Shown piece after piece: positions 30,083-39,515 of a stretch of DNA of 64,000 nucleotides. Both the position numbers and the translations under genes were made by a program. Source of the stretch: Halodesulfurarchaeum sp. (GTDB lineage Archaea > Halobacteriota > Halobacteria > Halobacteriales > Halobacteriaceae); assembly GCA_034520565.1 (NCBI GenBank), contig JAXHNL010000002.1, forward strand, positions 128,001-192,000, given 5' to 3'. How positions within the stretch are numbered: position 1 is the first letter of the stretch; each line of letters begins with the position of its first letter. The notes beneath the pieces were generated by a model, which made no database searches, was not told the DNA's origin, and saw only the letters and a program-made list of their open reading frames with translations.

Positions 30083-30931
30083 CTACCTGGACCGGATGTG
30101 ACCGAGGAAGCGTTTTGCGTAATCGTCACGCCCCATCACCAGATCGGCGATCAGTACCGTCTCTCTGGTCTCCCCGGGGTTCAATATCGGGACGTTCAGT
30201 CCCGCCTCGATGGCCATCGCGAGGTACAGGTTGTTGATCCGGTCCCGTTCCGGCATCTCGTAGGAAATGTTGCTCAGGCCCAGCGTGATGTTGTTCCCGA
30301 ACTCCTCCCGAATGGTTTCCATCGCGGTGAGGACGTCCAGCCCGGCATCGGAATCCGTAGAGAGGGGATAGGCCAGTGGGTCCAGGATGACGTCCTCGCG
30401 ATCGACGCCGTACTCGTCGGCCTGTTCGAGGAGCGCTTCGGCGAGTTCGATCCGTCCCTCGGCCGATCCCGGCGGGCCGGACTCGTCCATGGTGAGACCG
30501 ACGACGGCAGTGTCGTACTCCGCGACCAGCGGGAAGATCGTCTCGAGTGAGGGGCCCTCCATGCTGACGGAGTTCACGATCGGTCGGCCCGGCACGACCT
30601 CAAGGGCCGCCTCCAGCGCGTCGGCGTCGTCGTAGTTCGTGTCGATGACGATCGGCACGTCGACTGCGTCGGCGACGGTCTCGACGGCCATCGGCAGGAC
30701 CGTCTCCTTGTCGATGCCGTCGGCGTCCACGTTCACGTCGATCAGGTCGGCTCCGTTCTCGACCTGTTCGAGGGCCAGTTCCCGGACTGGCTCCATGTCC
30801 TCATTCTGCAGGGCCACGGCGAGATCGGACTCCGGTCGGGGATTGATCCGCTCGCCGATGATCCTGACCTGTTCCGTCCGGTCGATCCGAACGGTCTCCT
30901 CCGTCCCTTCGACTTCAGTCACTACTGTCAT
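30083..30931 (-). CDS. Methyltetrahydrofolate:corrinoid methyltransferase (AcsE/MetH pterin-binding domain; MT2)
   Basis: IIGERIN, QVENGADLIDVN, IVIDT, IVNS, ILDPL, GLSNISY.MP.R..IN. Confidence 0.85.
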   Translation of the reverse strand: MTVVTEVEGTEETVRIDRTEQVRIIGERINPRPESDLAVALQNEDMEPVRELALEQVENGADLIDVNVDADGIDKETVLPMAVETVADAVDVPIVIDTNYDDADALEAALEVVPGRPIVNSVSMEGPSLETIFPLVAEYDTAVVGLTMDESGPPGSAEGRIELAEALLEQADEYGVDREDVILDPLAYPLSTDSDAGLDVLTAMETIREEFGNNITLGLSNISYEMPERDRINNLYLAMAIEAGLNVPILNPGETRETVLIADLVMGRDDYAKRFLGHIRSR

Positions 30932-31171
30932 GCTACATGTCGAAACCACTCAACCAGATTCTATAAGGATTGTGTTATCCCTGATCCGACCACGGGATAA
31001 TTTGGCAAAGTCAGCGCCAATCGGTTAGTGCCAATGTAAGTCCCAGTCAACCCGATAACGAACAATTTCAGTTGTGTAAGAACAATCAAATCTGAATAAT
31101 TCGGGCCATATCGGCCCTCTACCCCGGAATCTTTAAGGAATAACCAATCCTCATTTTAACCTGGATCACCG

Positions 31172-31828
31172 ATGTCCGATGAATTCGTACAAGCGTTAGC
31201 CGATCTCGAAGAGGACCGAGCGATTGATATGGCCAAAGAGCGCCTCGAGTCGGGTGAAGACCCCCTCGATGTCCTCGATGACTTGAAAAAGGGGATGGGC
31301 ATCGTCGGCGATCGGTACGCCGACGACGAGTACTTCATTCCCGACCTGATGTACGCCGGGGACATCATCGAACAGATTTCCGAACTCCTGCAAGAGGAAA
31401 TGCCTGATCAAGACGACGAGAACATCGGAACGGTTGTCCTCGGCACCGTCAAGGACGACATCCACGACATCGGCAAGGATCTCGTCTACTTCATGTTCGA
31501 CCTCAACGGCTTCAACGTCGTCGACCTCGGCGTCGACGTCCCGATTCAGGACTTCGTCGACGCCGTCGAGGAGCACGATCCCGAAATCATCGCGCTCAGC
31601 GGCTTTCTCACCGCCGCCTTCGATTCGATGAAAGAGACCGTCGAAGCCCTCGAGGAAGCCGGACTCGTCGAGGAGTTCGACGAGGACGGCGTTCGTGACG
31701 GCACGAAGGTCATGATCGGCGGCGGGCAGATCACCGACGACGTCCGGAATTATGCCCGCGCCGACGGGTTCGAAACGGACGCTCCGAGTGGTGTGACACG
31801 AGCCAAAGACTGGCTCGGCGTCGCCTGA
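31172..31828 (+). CDS. Corrinoid (B12-binding) protein (copy 2)
   Basis: DIHDIGK motif; nearly identical to 23138..23803. Confidence 0.92.
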   Translation: MSDEFVQALADLEEDRAIDMAKERLESGEDPLDVLDDLKKGMGIVGDRYADDEYFIPDLMYAGDIIEQISELLQEEMPDQDDENIGTVVLGTVKDDIHDIGKDLVYFMFDLNGFNVVDLGVDVPIQDFVDAVEEHDPEIIALSGFLTAAFDSMKETVEALEEAGLVEEFDEDGVRDGTKVMIGGGQITDDVRNYARADGFETDAPSGVTRAKDWLGVA

Positions 31829-32081
31829 GTGCTCATTCGACCTGCTGTCGCGATTCCGCGTCCCGATTTCTGAGCGAGAGATGGCCGCTGAACCGTCCCC
31901 GACGGAGTGGCTGTAACAAGGGATTTTCGCGCCGGAGAGACCATCCGAAGCGGGAATTGCCGGCAGGTTTTTCTCCCTCCCAATAGAATCGCACACTCGT
32001 GGTATCCGATGGGTAGCTCGCACTCCGATGCACAGTGGAGCGTACAGTGTATGAACCGCCCCAGCACGAGGTGTCCGTGAG

Positions 32082-33286
32082 ATGGCCGAGGACTATCCCA
32101 CCCGACGGTGGGCGATCCTGGGCCTCGCCTGGGCAGTGTTCTTCTCGATGGCAATGGCGTGGTACATCATGCCAACACTCCAGCCGGATATCCTGAAGCT
32201 GTACGGCATCACGGGCAGCCAATTCCAGCTCGCGTTGACAGTGCCGTTCGGCGTCGCGGCCGTGCTTTCGATTCCCGGCGGGATGCTTGCCGACCGACTC
32301 GGGATCAAACGGGCCGCCAGTCTCGGAATGGCCATTTCGGGGCTGGGTTTCCTCGCTCGGTCCCAAACGGGCGGCTTCCCGGTGTTGATGGGCTCGATGC
32401 TCCTGGTCGGGGTTGGACTCGGGATGGTGATGCCGAACCTCCCGAAGCTGGTCAGCATCTGGTTCCCGCCGAGCGAGACCGGGCTCGCCACCGGGATTTA
32501 CAACACTGGACTGATGGGGGGCATCTCGACCGGGATGATCGTGGCCCCGTTCCTTCCCGGCTGGCAGACGGGAAACCTCCTGCTGGGCGGTATCGTCCTG
32601 GTATTCACGGGTGGGTTCTTCGTTGTCGTCAGGGACACGCCACCGGAAAGGAACTCCCGCCAACGAATCTCGTCGAAGGGCTCCAGCACGCCGTTCGCAG
32701 TAAGAATACGTGGGTCGCGGCGTTCGCGGTTTTCGCGGGGCTCGCCGGCATGGTCGCCATTCAGGGTGAACTGCCGGTCGCCCTCTTCGAGGAATACGGC
32801 ATCGCCCCGGCCACGGGTGGACAGATCGCCTCGCTCATCACCTACGGGGGAATCCTGGGGTCGCTGACGATTCCGACGATCGCCACCAAGCTGGACCGCC
32901 GGAAAGCCGTTCTCGTCACCGCAGCCGTCGGGTTCGGCGTCGTCGAGTTCCCGGTCTGGTTGACCGGCAACACCTCGATCCTGTTCATCGGGACCGCAGT
33001 CGCCGGGTACCTCGCCGGCGGGGCACTCCCGATCATCATGGAGGTCCCGACCTGGTTGCCCCGGGTCGAAAGCGATCCGGTCGAGGCACAGCACGTCGGC
33101 GGTGCCTCCGGCCTGATGACGGCAATGATGAACCTCGGAGGGTTCATCGGACTGCCGTTCATCGTGGGCCCGATCATCGACATGCAGGGCTACACGATCG
33201 GCTTCCTCGTCGCCATGATCATCTTCTCTTTCCAGGGCATCCTGGGCATCTTCTTCACGCTTCCCGAGTTGCACCCCGAAGAGTGA
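32082..33286 (+). pseudogene. MFS transporter with a 1-bp frameshift near 32646 (pseudogene or sequencing error)
   Basis: N-half GGMLADRLGIKR...WFPPSETGLATG...RDTPP; C-half GKELPPTNLVEG...GPIIDMQGY in the other frame (ORF 32108..33286). Confidence 0.75.
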
Positions 33287-33340
33287 TTCGAGCGTACCCG
33301 GTTGCGGCAGTTTTTTACCACGAGATTAGAAACGAATTGT

Positions 33341-34162
33341 ATGAACGGGATCGTCGCCTGCGAGACGTTCTATCCACACCTCGGCCGGATCGACCCGGAC
33401 GCGGAGGTCCGCTATATCCCCCAGTGGTACCACGAATTCCCCATTCACACCCCGGAATCGGAGCGTGCCCACGAGCTGCTCCAGGACCGAATCGACGAAC
33501 TCGAAGGAGAGGGCGTCGACCGGGTGACAGTGCTGTATTCCGACTCCGCTGCGCTCGAGGGGCTCGTCACCGAAACGGTGCCACTCCACGTCTATCGCGG
33601 CGGCGACTGCATCGAGATCTTCCTTTTCGGGGAGCCCAGGGGCCCGGGCGAGGAACGGAAGGACGGCGGCACGTACTACCTGACGAGGGGATGGATCGAC
33701 GTCGGCGTGGATTCCTACAAGGTGTATCACGCATACGCGGGAAAACTCGATGAACTGCGGGAGCGATTCGATCAGGCCGAACGGGCGGATCCCGAAATGC
33801 GAGTCTCGTGGCCGGAGAGCCAGAAAATCTCGCAGGCCGCCACACGGAGCGAGTCGATGCGAACCGATCCGGCTGCCATACTCCGGACCGTGATCGACGC
33901 CTACCGGCACGTCGTCCTGATCGATAACGGCGAATTGCAGCCGTTTCACCACGAGTACGCCGAGTCGTTCAGAACCTTCTTAGCCGAGACCATCCCGGAA
34001 GACGGCCCGAGAGACACGGATCTGACGGTCGTCGACGGCCAACTCGAGACGCTCCGAACGGTGCTCACGTCCCCCGATTCCGCGTCCGACGTGCTGACCC
34101 TGGAACCGGGCACGCCCGTCCCGAAGGAACCTGGATTCAGGCCGGGCCCCCAGCACCACTGA
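33341..34162 (+). CDS. DUF1638-like protein (often adjacent to corrinoid methyltransferase genes)
   Basis: GIVACETF, HE.P, LQDRIDE, VLY, DCIEIFL, GTYYLTRGW, IDNG. Confidence 0.65.
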   Translation: MNGIVACETFYPHLGRIDPDAEVRYIPQWYHEFPIHTPESERAHELLQDRIDELEGEGVDRVTVLYSDSAALEGLVTETVPLHVYRGGDCIEIFLFGEPRGPGEERKDGGTYYLTRGWIDVGVDSYKVYHAYAGKLDELRERFDQAERADPEMRVSWPESQKISQAATRSESMRTDPAAILRTVIDAYRHVVLIDNGELQPFHHEYAESFRTFLAETIPEDGPRDTDLTVVDGQLETLRTVLTSPDSASDVLTLEPGTPVPKEPGFRPGPQHH

Positions 34163-34292
34163 GCGGACGCGTTCGGTAAAGACGAACGGTTTTGGCAGGG
34201 CATGACATCGACTTCCGGTGTCGATACCACCGCCAAACAGGCCCAAAACCGACCGGGGGAACGCTTTTCATCCAGCCACGAGAGGAACAAAT

Positions 34293-35078
34293 ATGGCTCA
34301 CGCACCCATCGGAGCTGTCGACCGCCTGTTCGACATCATCGAAACGATTCAGGTGCGAGACGGGGCCGGCGTCTCGGAACTGGCCGAAGAGTTGGACATG
34401 GCAAAAAGCACGGTGCATGGCCACCTCGCGACGCTCAAAGAACGGGGGTACCTCGTCCAGGACGAAGCAAGTCGGTACCACCTCAGTCTCACGTTTCTCA
34501 CCCTCGGCGGCGCCGTTCGACAGGTACGAACGATCTACAGCCACGTCGAACCGCTCCTCGCGGAAATCGCCAGCGAAACTGGAGAGAGCGTGAATTACGT
34601 GATCGAGTCCCAGGGGAAAATGACCTTCGTCGGGTCGGTTCTCGGCGAGGAGGGAATCAGGACGGAGGTCGACGTCGGCTTTCGGACCGATCTCCATACG
34701 ACGCCGGAGGGGAAGTTGGTCCTCGCCCACCTCCCCGCGTCCCGGCGACGGGAGTTACTCGACGAGATCGAGTTTCCCATCGGTAACTCGGTCGGGCGAG
34801 CTGCATTTACGGCCGAACTCGACGAGATCCGGGAGGCAGGCATCGCCTACGGAAACGAGACCATCGTCAAAAACGTCTCCACGGTCTCGGTTCCGGTGAT
34901 CGACAACGAGGACATCTTCTACGGGGCGATCGTGGTGGCCGGCCCCTCACTGCGATTCACGCAGGATCGCGTCGAGTCGATCAAAGAGACGCTCCAGTAC
35001 AAGGTCGGAAAACTGAACATCGACCTCACGTACGAAACTCAGGAGTCGGTCGTCGAAAACCGTCTCGAGACCCAATAA
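34293..35078 (+). CDS. IclR-family transcriptional regulator
   Basis: GVSELAEELDMAKSTVHGHLATL, ETGESVN, LHTT..GKLVLAHL. Confidence 0.9.
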   Translation: MAHAPIGAVDRLFDIIETIQVRDGAGVSELAEELDMAKSTVHGHLATLKERGYLVQDEASRYHLSLTFLTLGGAVRQVRTIYSHVEPLLAEIASETGESVNYVIESQGKMTFVGSVLGEEGIRTEVDVGFRTDLHTTPEGKLVLAHLPASRRRELLDEIEFPIGNSVGRAAFTAELDEIREAGIAYGNETIVKNVSTVSVPVIDNEDIFYGAIVVAGPSLRFTQDRVESIKETLQYKVGKLNIDLTYETQESVVENRLETQ

Positions 35079-35173
35079 TCGCGAAGTACATATTTCCTAA
35101 CAACCGTAATGTCGTTACGAAATACCCATACGACCGGTATCTTCTTGTAAGCCGCGACAGTGGTCCCGACATA

Positions 35174-37097
35174 ATGGTTCAATCGACCGCGGAACGACCG
35201 CAAATCGACGTCTCCGTGGAAAACATCGGCGGCATCTCCGAAACCGAGGTCAGTCTCCCGGCAGGGGTCAGCGTCCTCGAAGGGGAAAACGCGACGAACA
35301 GGACCTCGTTTCTCCAGGCGATCATGGGCGCGCTCGGAAGCGACCAGCCTTCCCTGAAGGCTGACGCGGATTCGGGGCGGGTTGAACTGCAGATCGGCGA
35401 AGAAACCTACACCCGAGCGTTCGAACGGACGGGGACCGGGGTCAGAACGAGTGGCGACCCCTATCTCGAGGATCCGACACCCGCCGATACCTTTGCGTTC
35501 CTTCTCGAGGAGAACCCCGCGCGGCAGGCGGTCGTCCGTCGGACAGATCTCAGATCGGTCATCATGGAGCCGATCGACACGACGGCGATTCGGGCCGAAA
35601 TCACGCAGAAGCAGGCCCGAAAGCGCAAACTCGACGAGCGGTTGGCCGAACTCGACTCGCTCAGAAACGAGCGGCCCACACTCACCGAGGAAGCCACCCG
35701 GCTCGAGACGGAACTCGCGGAGAAGCGCGATGAACTCCAATCGGTCCGCGAGGAGATCGAGGGGGCCGAAGTGGACCTCTCGGAGACGAAAGAGACGAAA
35801 GAGGCGATGGAATCGGCCCTCGAGGAGGTCCAGCGGCTCCGCTCGGAACATGCGTCCGTCACGGATCGTTTGGCGGCAGAGCGGGAGAGTCTCGCCGCCG
35901 CACGATCGGAGCGGGAGGAGTTAGCCGCCGAACTCGAATCGGCGCCGGAAGCAGTGGCGGACCGGCGAAACGAGATCGAAGGGCGGATTTCGACGCTCCG
36001 CAGCGAGCAGTCCCGGCTCGAATCCACGGTGAGTGAACTCCAGAACCTCGTGCAGTTCAACGAAGACCTCCTTGAGGGCGAGCCAGGGGCTCTCGCAGAT
36101 CTCCGGGAAACCGGGGACGCCGTGACGGATCAGCTGGTCGGTTCGGATTCGGTGACCTGCTGGACCTGCGGATCGGTGGTCGAACGCTCACAGATCACCG
36201 AGACTGTCGAACGGCTCCGCGAGCTTCGGGCCGACAAACTCGACCGGACGAGTGCGATCGAGACGGAGATCGGAGAGCTGACCTCGGAGGTCGAAACCCT
36301 CGATCGGCGCCGGGAGAAACGCCAGGAACTCGAAGCCGAACTCGATTCGATCGACCGGGAGATCACGTCCCGATCGGCGACCATCGACGATCTCGAGGAC
36401 AAACGAGAACGCCTCGAAGCGGAGGTGGAAGCAGCGGAGGCGGACCTCGAGTCCCGGGAGTTCGCCAGCCGGCACGACGAACTCCTCGAACTCCATCAGC
36501 GAGCCAACCGGCTCGAACTCGAAGTCGAACGACTCGAGTCCGAAGCGGGCGGACGTCGAATCCGAACTCGAATCGATCGAGGAGCGCCTCGACCGACAGG
36601 CCGATCTGGCGGCCGAGCGCGAAACGGTTACCGAGGAACTCACCGAATTGCGGACCCGCGTCGAGCGGATCGAGGCCGAGGCCGTCGAGGAGTTCAACGA
36701 TCGGATCGCGGAAATCCTCGAGATCATGGGGTATTCGAACATCGCCCGGATCTGGATCGAGCGCACGGAGGGAGGAACCGGGGACGAATCCACGTTCCAG
36801 CTCCACGTCGTCCGGAACGATTCCTCGGGGATTGCCTACGAGGACACGATCGACCACCTCAGCGAGAGCGAGCGCGAGGTGACCGGGCTCGTCTTCGCCC
36901 TGGCCGGGTACCTCGTCCACGAGGTGAGCGAGACGGTGCCGTTCATGCTGCTAGATTCCGTCGAGGCGCTCGACAGCGAGCGGATCGCCCACCTCGTCGA
37001 GTACTTCGAGGACCACGTCCCGTACCTCGTCGTCGCCCTGCTCCCGGAGGACGCCCGGGCGCTGGACGATCGCCATCACCGCATCACGGAGATCTGA
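35174..37097 (+). pseudogene. sph: Archaeal SMC-like Sph protein, 1-bp frameshift near 36544
   Basis: ENIGGI, GENATNRTS, coiled coil, CWTCGS; C-terminus HLSESEREV...PFMLLDSVEALDSERI...YLVVALLPED in a second frame. Confidence 0.8.
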
Positions 37098-37100
37098 TCG

Positions 37101-37709
37101 ATGACCGAGGACGGACCCGGTCCGGGTCGCCCCAGCAAGGTCGCCCGCGTCATCGAGACGTACGATCTCGATGGATTGGGAGCGGAACTCGAGGCGGCAT
37201 GGACCGCACCCGAAAGCGAACGGCAGAGCCTCCGCGAGCTGGCCGAACTGGTCAATCGCCGCGTCGTTCGATCAGTTCTCGAACGGGCGGGCGACCGACC
37301 GTTACCGGGCGAGATCACGACGGTCGTCGAAGCCCTCGCCGGGGAAACCGACCGTGCGACCGAGCGGGACGTGGCGAATAGGCTCGAGAATCTCGGTCTG
37401 GAAAAACCGGAATTGGTGGGGGACATGGTCTCCTACCAGGCCGTCAGGACCTACCTGCAAAGCGTTCGCGGCGCCGAGTACGAGCCCCCGCCGAACGATC
37501 CGACGGAATCGGCCCGGGATCGCATCCAGGGGTTGCAAGGCCGCCTCCGGGCCGTGACCAAGGGCCAGCTCGACGGGCTGGCCGAACGGGACGAGATCTC
37601 GCTGGGCGCGTCTCGAGTCCTCGTTCAGGTCCAGGTCTACTGCGAGGACTGTGGCCGTCAGTTCGACGTGGACGAACTACTCGAGCGGGGCGGCTGTGAC
37701 TGCGAGTAA
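37101..37709 (+). CDS. rdfA: Rod-determining factor RdfA-like protein
   Basis: SKVARVIETYDL, SLRELA...N, VSYQAVRTYL, CEDCG...GGCDC; directly after sph, as in Haloferax. Confidence 0.8.
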   Translation: MTEDGPGPGRPSKVARVIETYDLDGLGAELEAAWTAPESERQSLRELAELVNRRVVRSVLERAGDRPLPGEITTVVEALAGETDRATERDVANRLENLGLEKPELVGDMVSYQAVRTYLQSVRGAEYEPPPNDPTESARDRIQGLQGRLRAVTKGQLDGLAERDEISLGASRVLVQVQVYCEDCGRQFDVDELLERGGCDCE

Positions 37710-38183
37710 CCGAATTTGCGACCAGTTGTACTATCGTTCGGATATTCCCCCTCCCCCTTGGACAGAAATGGTTTTTGGCAAAAGACAGACGCCCGTACGA
37801 GTGGTTGCCTATTGTGAGGAATGTGGCCGTTCGACTCCAGACCCACCCGCACCGATTCAAGAGCGATGGGAGGGGAGACCCACCACAGCCAGGCGCGTGT
37901 TCTGAAATTCCTGATACAGCCCATACCTCCCTGCATTCGATTCCATTTCGTCCAACAGGTTGATCCCCTCTACAGACATCTTAGAACGCCACTTGATCAG
38001 CTGCTATTTCAACTGGAAAGAGACAAATTCTCACAACGTATCGGGGGGGGAAACACTCCGTGATAGGATTTATATCCGTAAAATTAAAATTAGTTGTCAC
38101 ATATTTTATGTGCTGATGAGTTCCAAACGAAACAAGGGATGTGGTCCCCGAAGCTGGTGCTGCACCATTCAGTATATCCCCCC

Positions 38184-39515
38184 TCACTTACACAGTGCCG
38201 ACTCGACGACCTCGAGTGGATGGCGGATCTCGTAGCCCGTCCCGTGTTCCATCTGGGACGCGCAGGTCGGACACTCGGTGAGTCCGGTCTCGCCCGGCAC
38301 CTGTTCCATGTGCTCGAACATGTCCGCCCCGATTGCCATCGAGGTCTCGTAGTGCTCGTCCTTCCAGCCGTAGGTCCCCGAAATTCCCGAGCAGGAGTCG
38401 CCCACGTCCGCCGCCTCAACGCCGGCGAGGTCCGCGAAGAGTTCGACCGGCTGGCCGTCGAGTCCCTGGTCCCGTGCGTGACAGGGGGCGTGGTAGGCGA
38501 GGGCTCCGTATGCTGCCTCGCTCACCTCGGCCGCCGCGAGTTCGTCGGCCACGTCGGTCTTCGTCCGGAGGAATTCGAGTGCCTCCCACGTGTTCTCGGC
38601 CAGGGTTTCGATTCCCGACAGCTCGAACAGCTCCGAATACTCCTGGCGCAACGCCATCGAGCAGGACGTACAGCTCGTGATGACGCTGTACCCCGCTTCG
38701 ACCGCGTCGCCCAGGGAATCGACGTTCACCGCGGCGTGCCGGCGGGCGTCCGCGAGCATTCCGTTGGCGAACATGGGCGTGCCCGAACACCGCTGTTCGG
38801 GGACGACGACCTCGTATCCGAAGTGCTCGAAGACCCGGACCATCGCCTTTCCCACCTCCGGCGTGTTGTAGTTGGCATAGCAGCCGTGGAAGTAGGCGAC
38901 TTTCAGGTCCGCGTCCGGATCGTGCCCCAGCCGTTCGCGACGTTCGCGAGCTCGGACCCTCGATTCAGCAGCACCACCGCGGCCCTCCCACCACTCCCTG
39001 AAGGTCTCGGTCGCGAATTCGGGGAACTCCCGTTCCGCCGTGACACCCAGCGTACGGTCGAGGAGCCACCGAACCGGGCCGAATCCCATGACGGCGTTTG
39101 CCAACCGTGGCAGCTTGCTGGCCAGCCAGGCGGAGGTTCGATAGTTCGCGAGCAGTCGGTTGCGCCAGTAGGTCCGGCTCAACTTCGAGAGATCGCTCCG
39201 CACGTATTCGGCGCGGGCCTCGTTGTGCATCTCTGAGAGGGGAACGTCCGAGGGACAGGACGAATCACACCGCATACAGTTCGAGCACTCCATGATCGAG
39301 GGATCGATCGACGGCTCCCCGTCCCGGGAGAGACGCCACTGCTCTGGCCCCTGAAATTTCGGCCCCGGAAACGAGTCCTCGACGGCCGCGACCGGGCAGT
39401 TCGTATCGCAGGTCGAACAAGCGTAGCAGTCATCCGAGCCCGGTCGGAGATCGACCCGATCGCCGGACGTATCGATGGGACCGATCCCCGGTTCGGGTGG
39501 CTGCGAATCGCTCAT
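38184..39515 (-). CDS. glpC: Anaerobic glycerol-3-phosphate dehydrogenase subunit C
   Basis: CYACSTCDTNCPV, FPGPKFQGPE, CSNCMRCDSSCP, YFHGC, CSGTP, YHAPCH, TECPTC. Confidence 0.9.
   Translation of the reverse strand: MSDSQPPEPGIGPIDTSGDRVDLRPGSDDCYACSTCDTNCPVAAVEDSFPGPKFQGPEQWRLSRDGEPSIDPSIMECSNCMRCDSSCPSDVPLSEMHNEARAEYVRSDLSKLSRTYWRNRLLANYRTSAWLASKLPRLANAVMGFGPVRWLLDRTLGVTAEREFPEFATETFREWWEGRGGAAESRVRARERRERLGHDPDADLKVAYFHGCYANYNTPEVGKAMVRVFEHFGYEVVVPEQRCSGTPMFANGMLADARRHAAVNVDSLGDAVEAGYSVITSCTSCSMALRQEYSELFELSGIETLAENTWEALEFLRTKTDVADELAAAEVSEAAYGALAYHAPCHARDQGLDGQPVELFADLAGVEAADVGDSCSGISGTYGWKDEHYETSMAIGADMFEHMEQVPGETGLTECPTCASQMEHGTGYEIRHPLEVVESALCK

Noticed and set aside
30083-30931. Dihydropteroate synthase (folP)
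   Set aside because: IIGERIN and GLSNIS motifs fit the AcsE/MetH pterin-binding methyltransferases, and the gene is adjacent to a corrinoid protein
37768-37905. Short ORF with CEECG motif after rdfA
   Set aside because: 45 aa with only one CxxC and non-acidic composition; insufficient support
22998-38062. 14-bp direct repeat ggaaacactccgtg at 22998-23011 and 38049-38062, both intergenic and after G-runs, as possible island ends
   Set aside because: About 2e9 position pairs divided by 4^14 gives several chance 14-mers in 64 kb; no integrase or transposase present, and the repeat cuts through the cluster
37990-38190. ORB-like tttcaactggaaa plus G-strings, suggesting a replication origin
   Set aside because: Poor spacing to the G-string, single copy, and no cdc6/orc gene nearby
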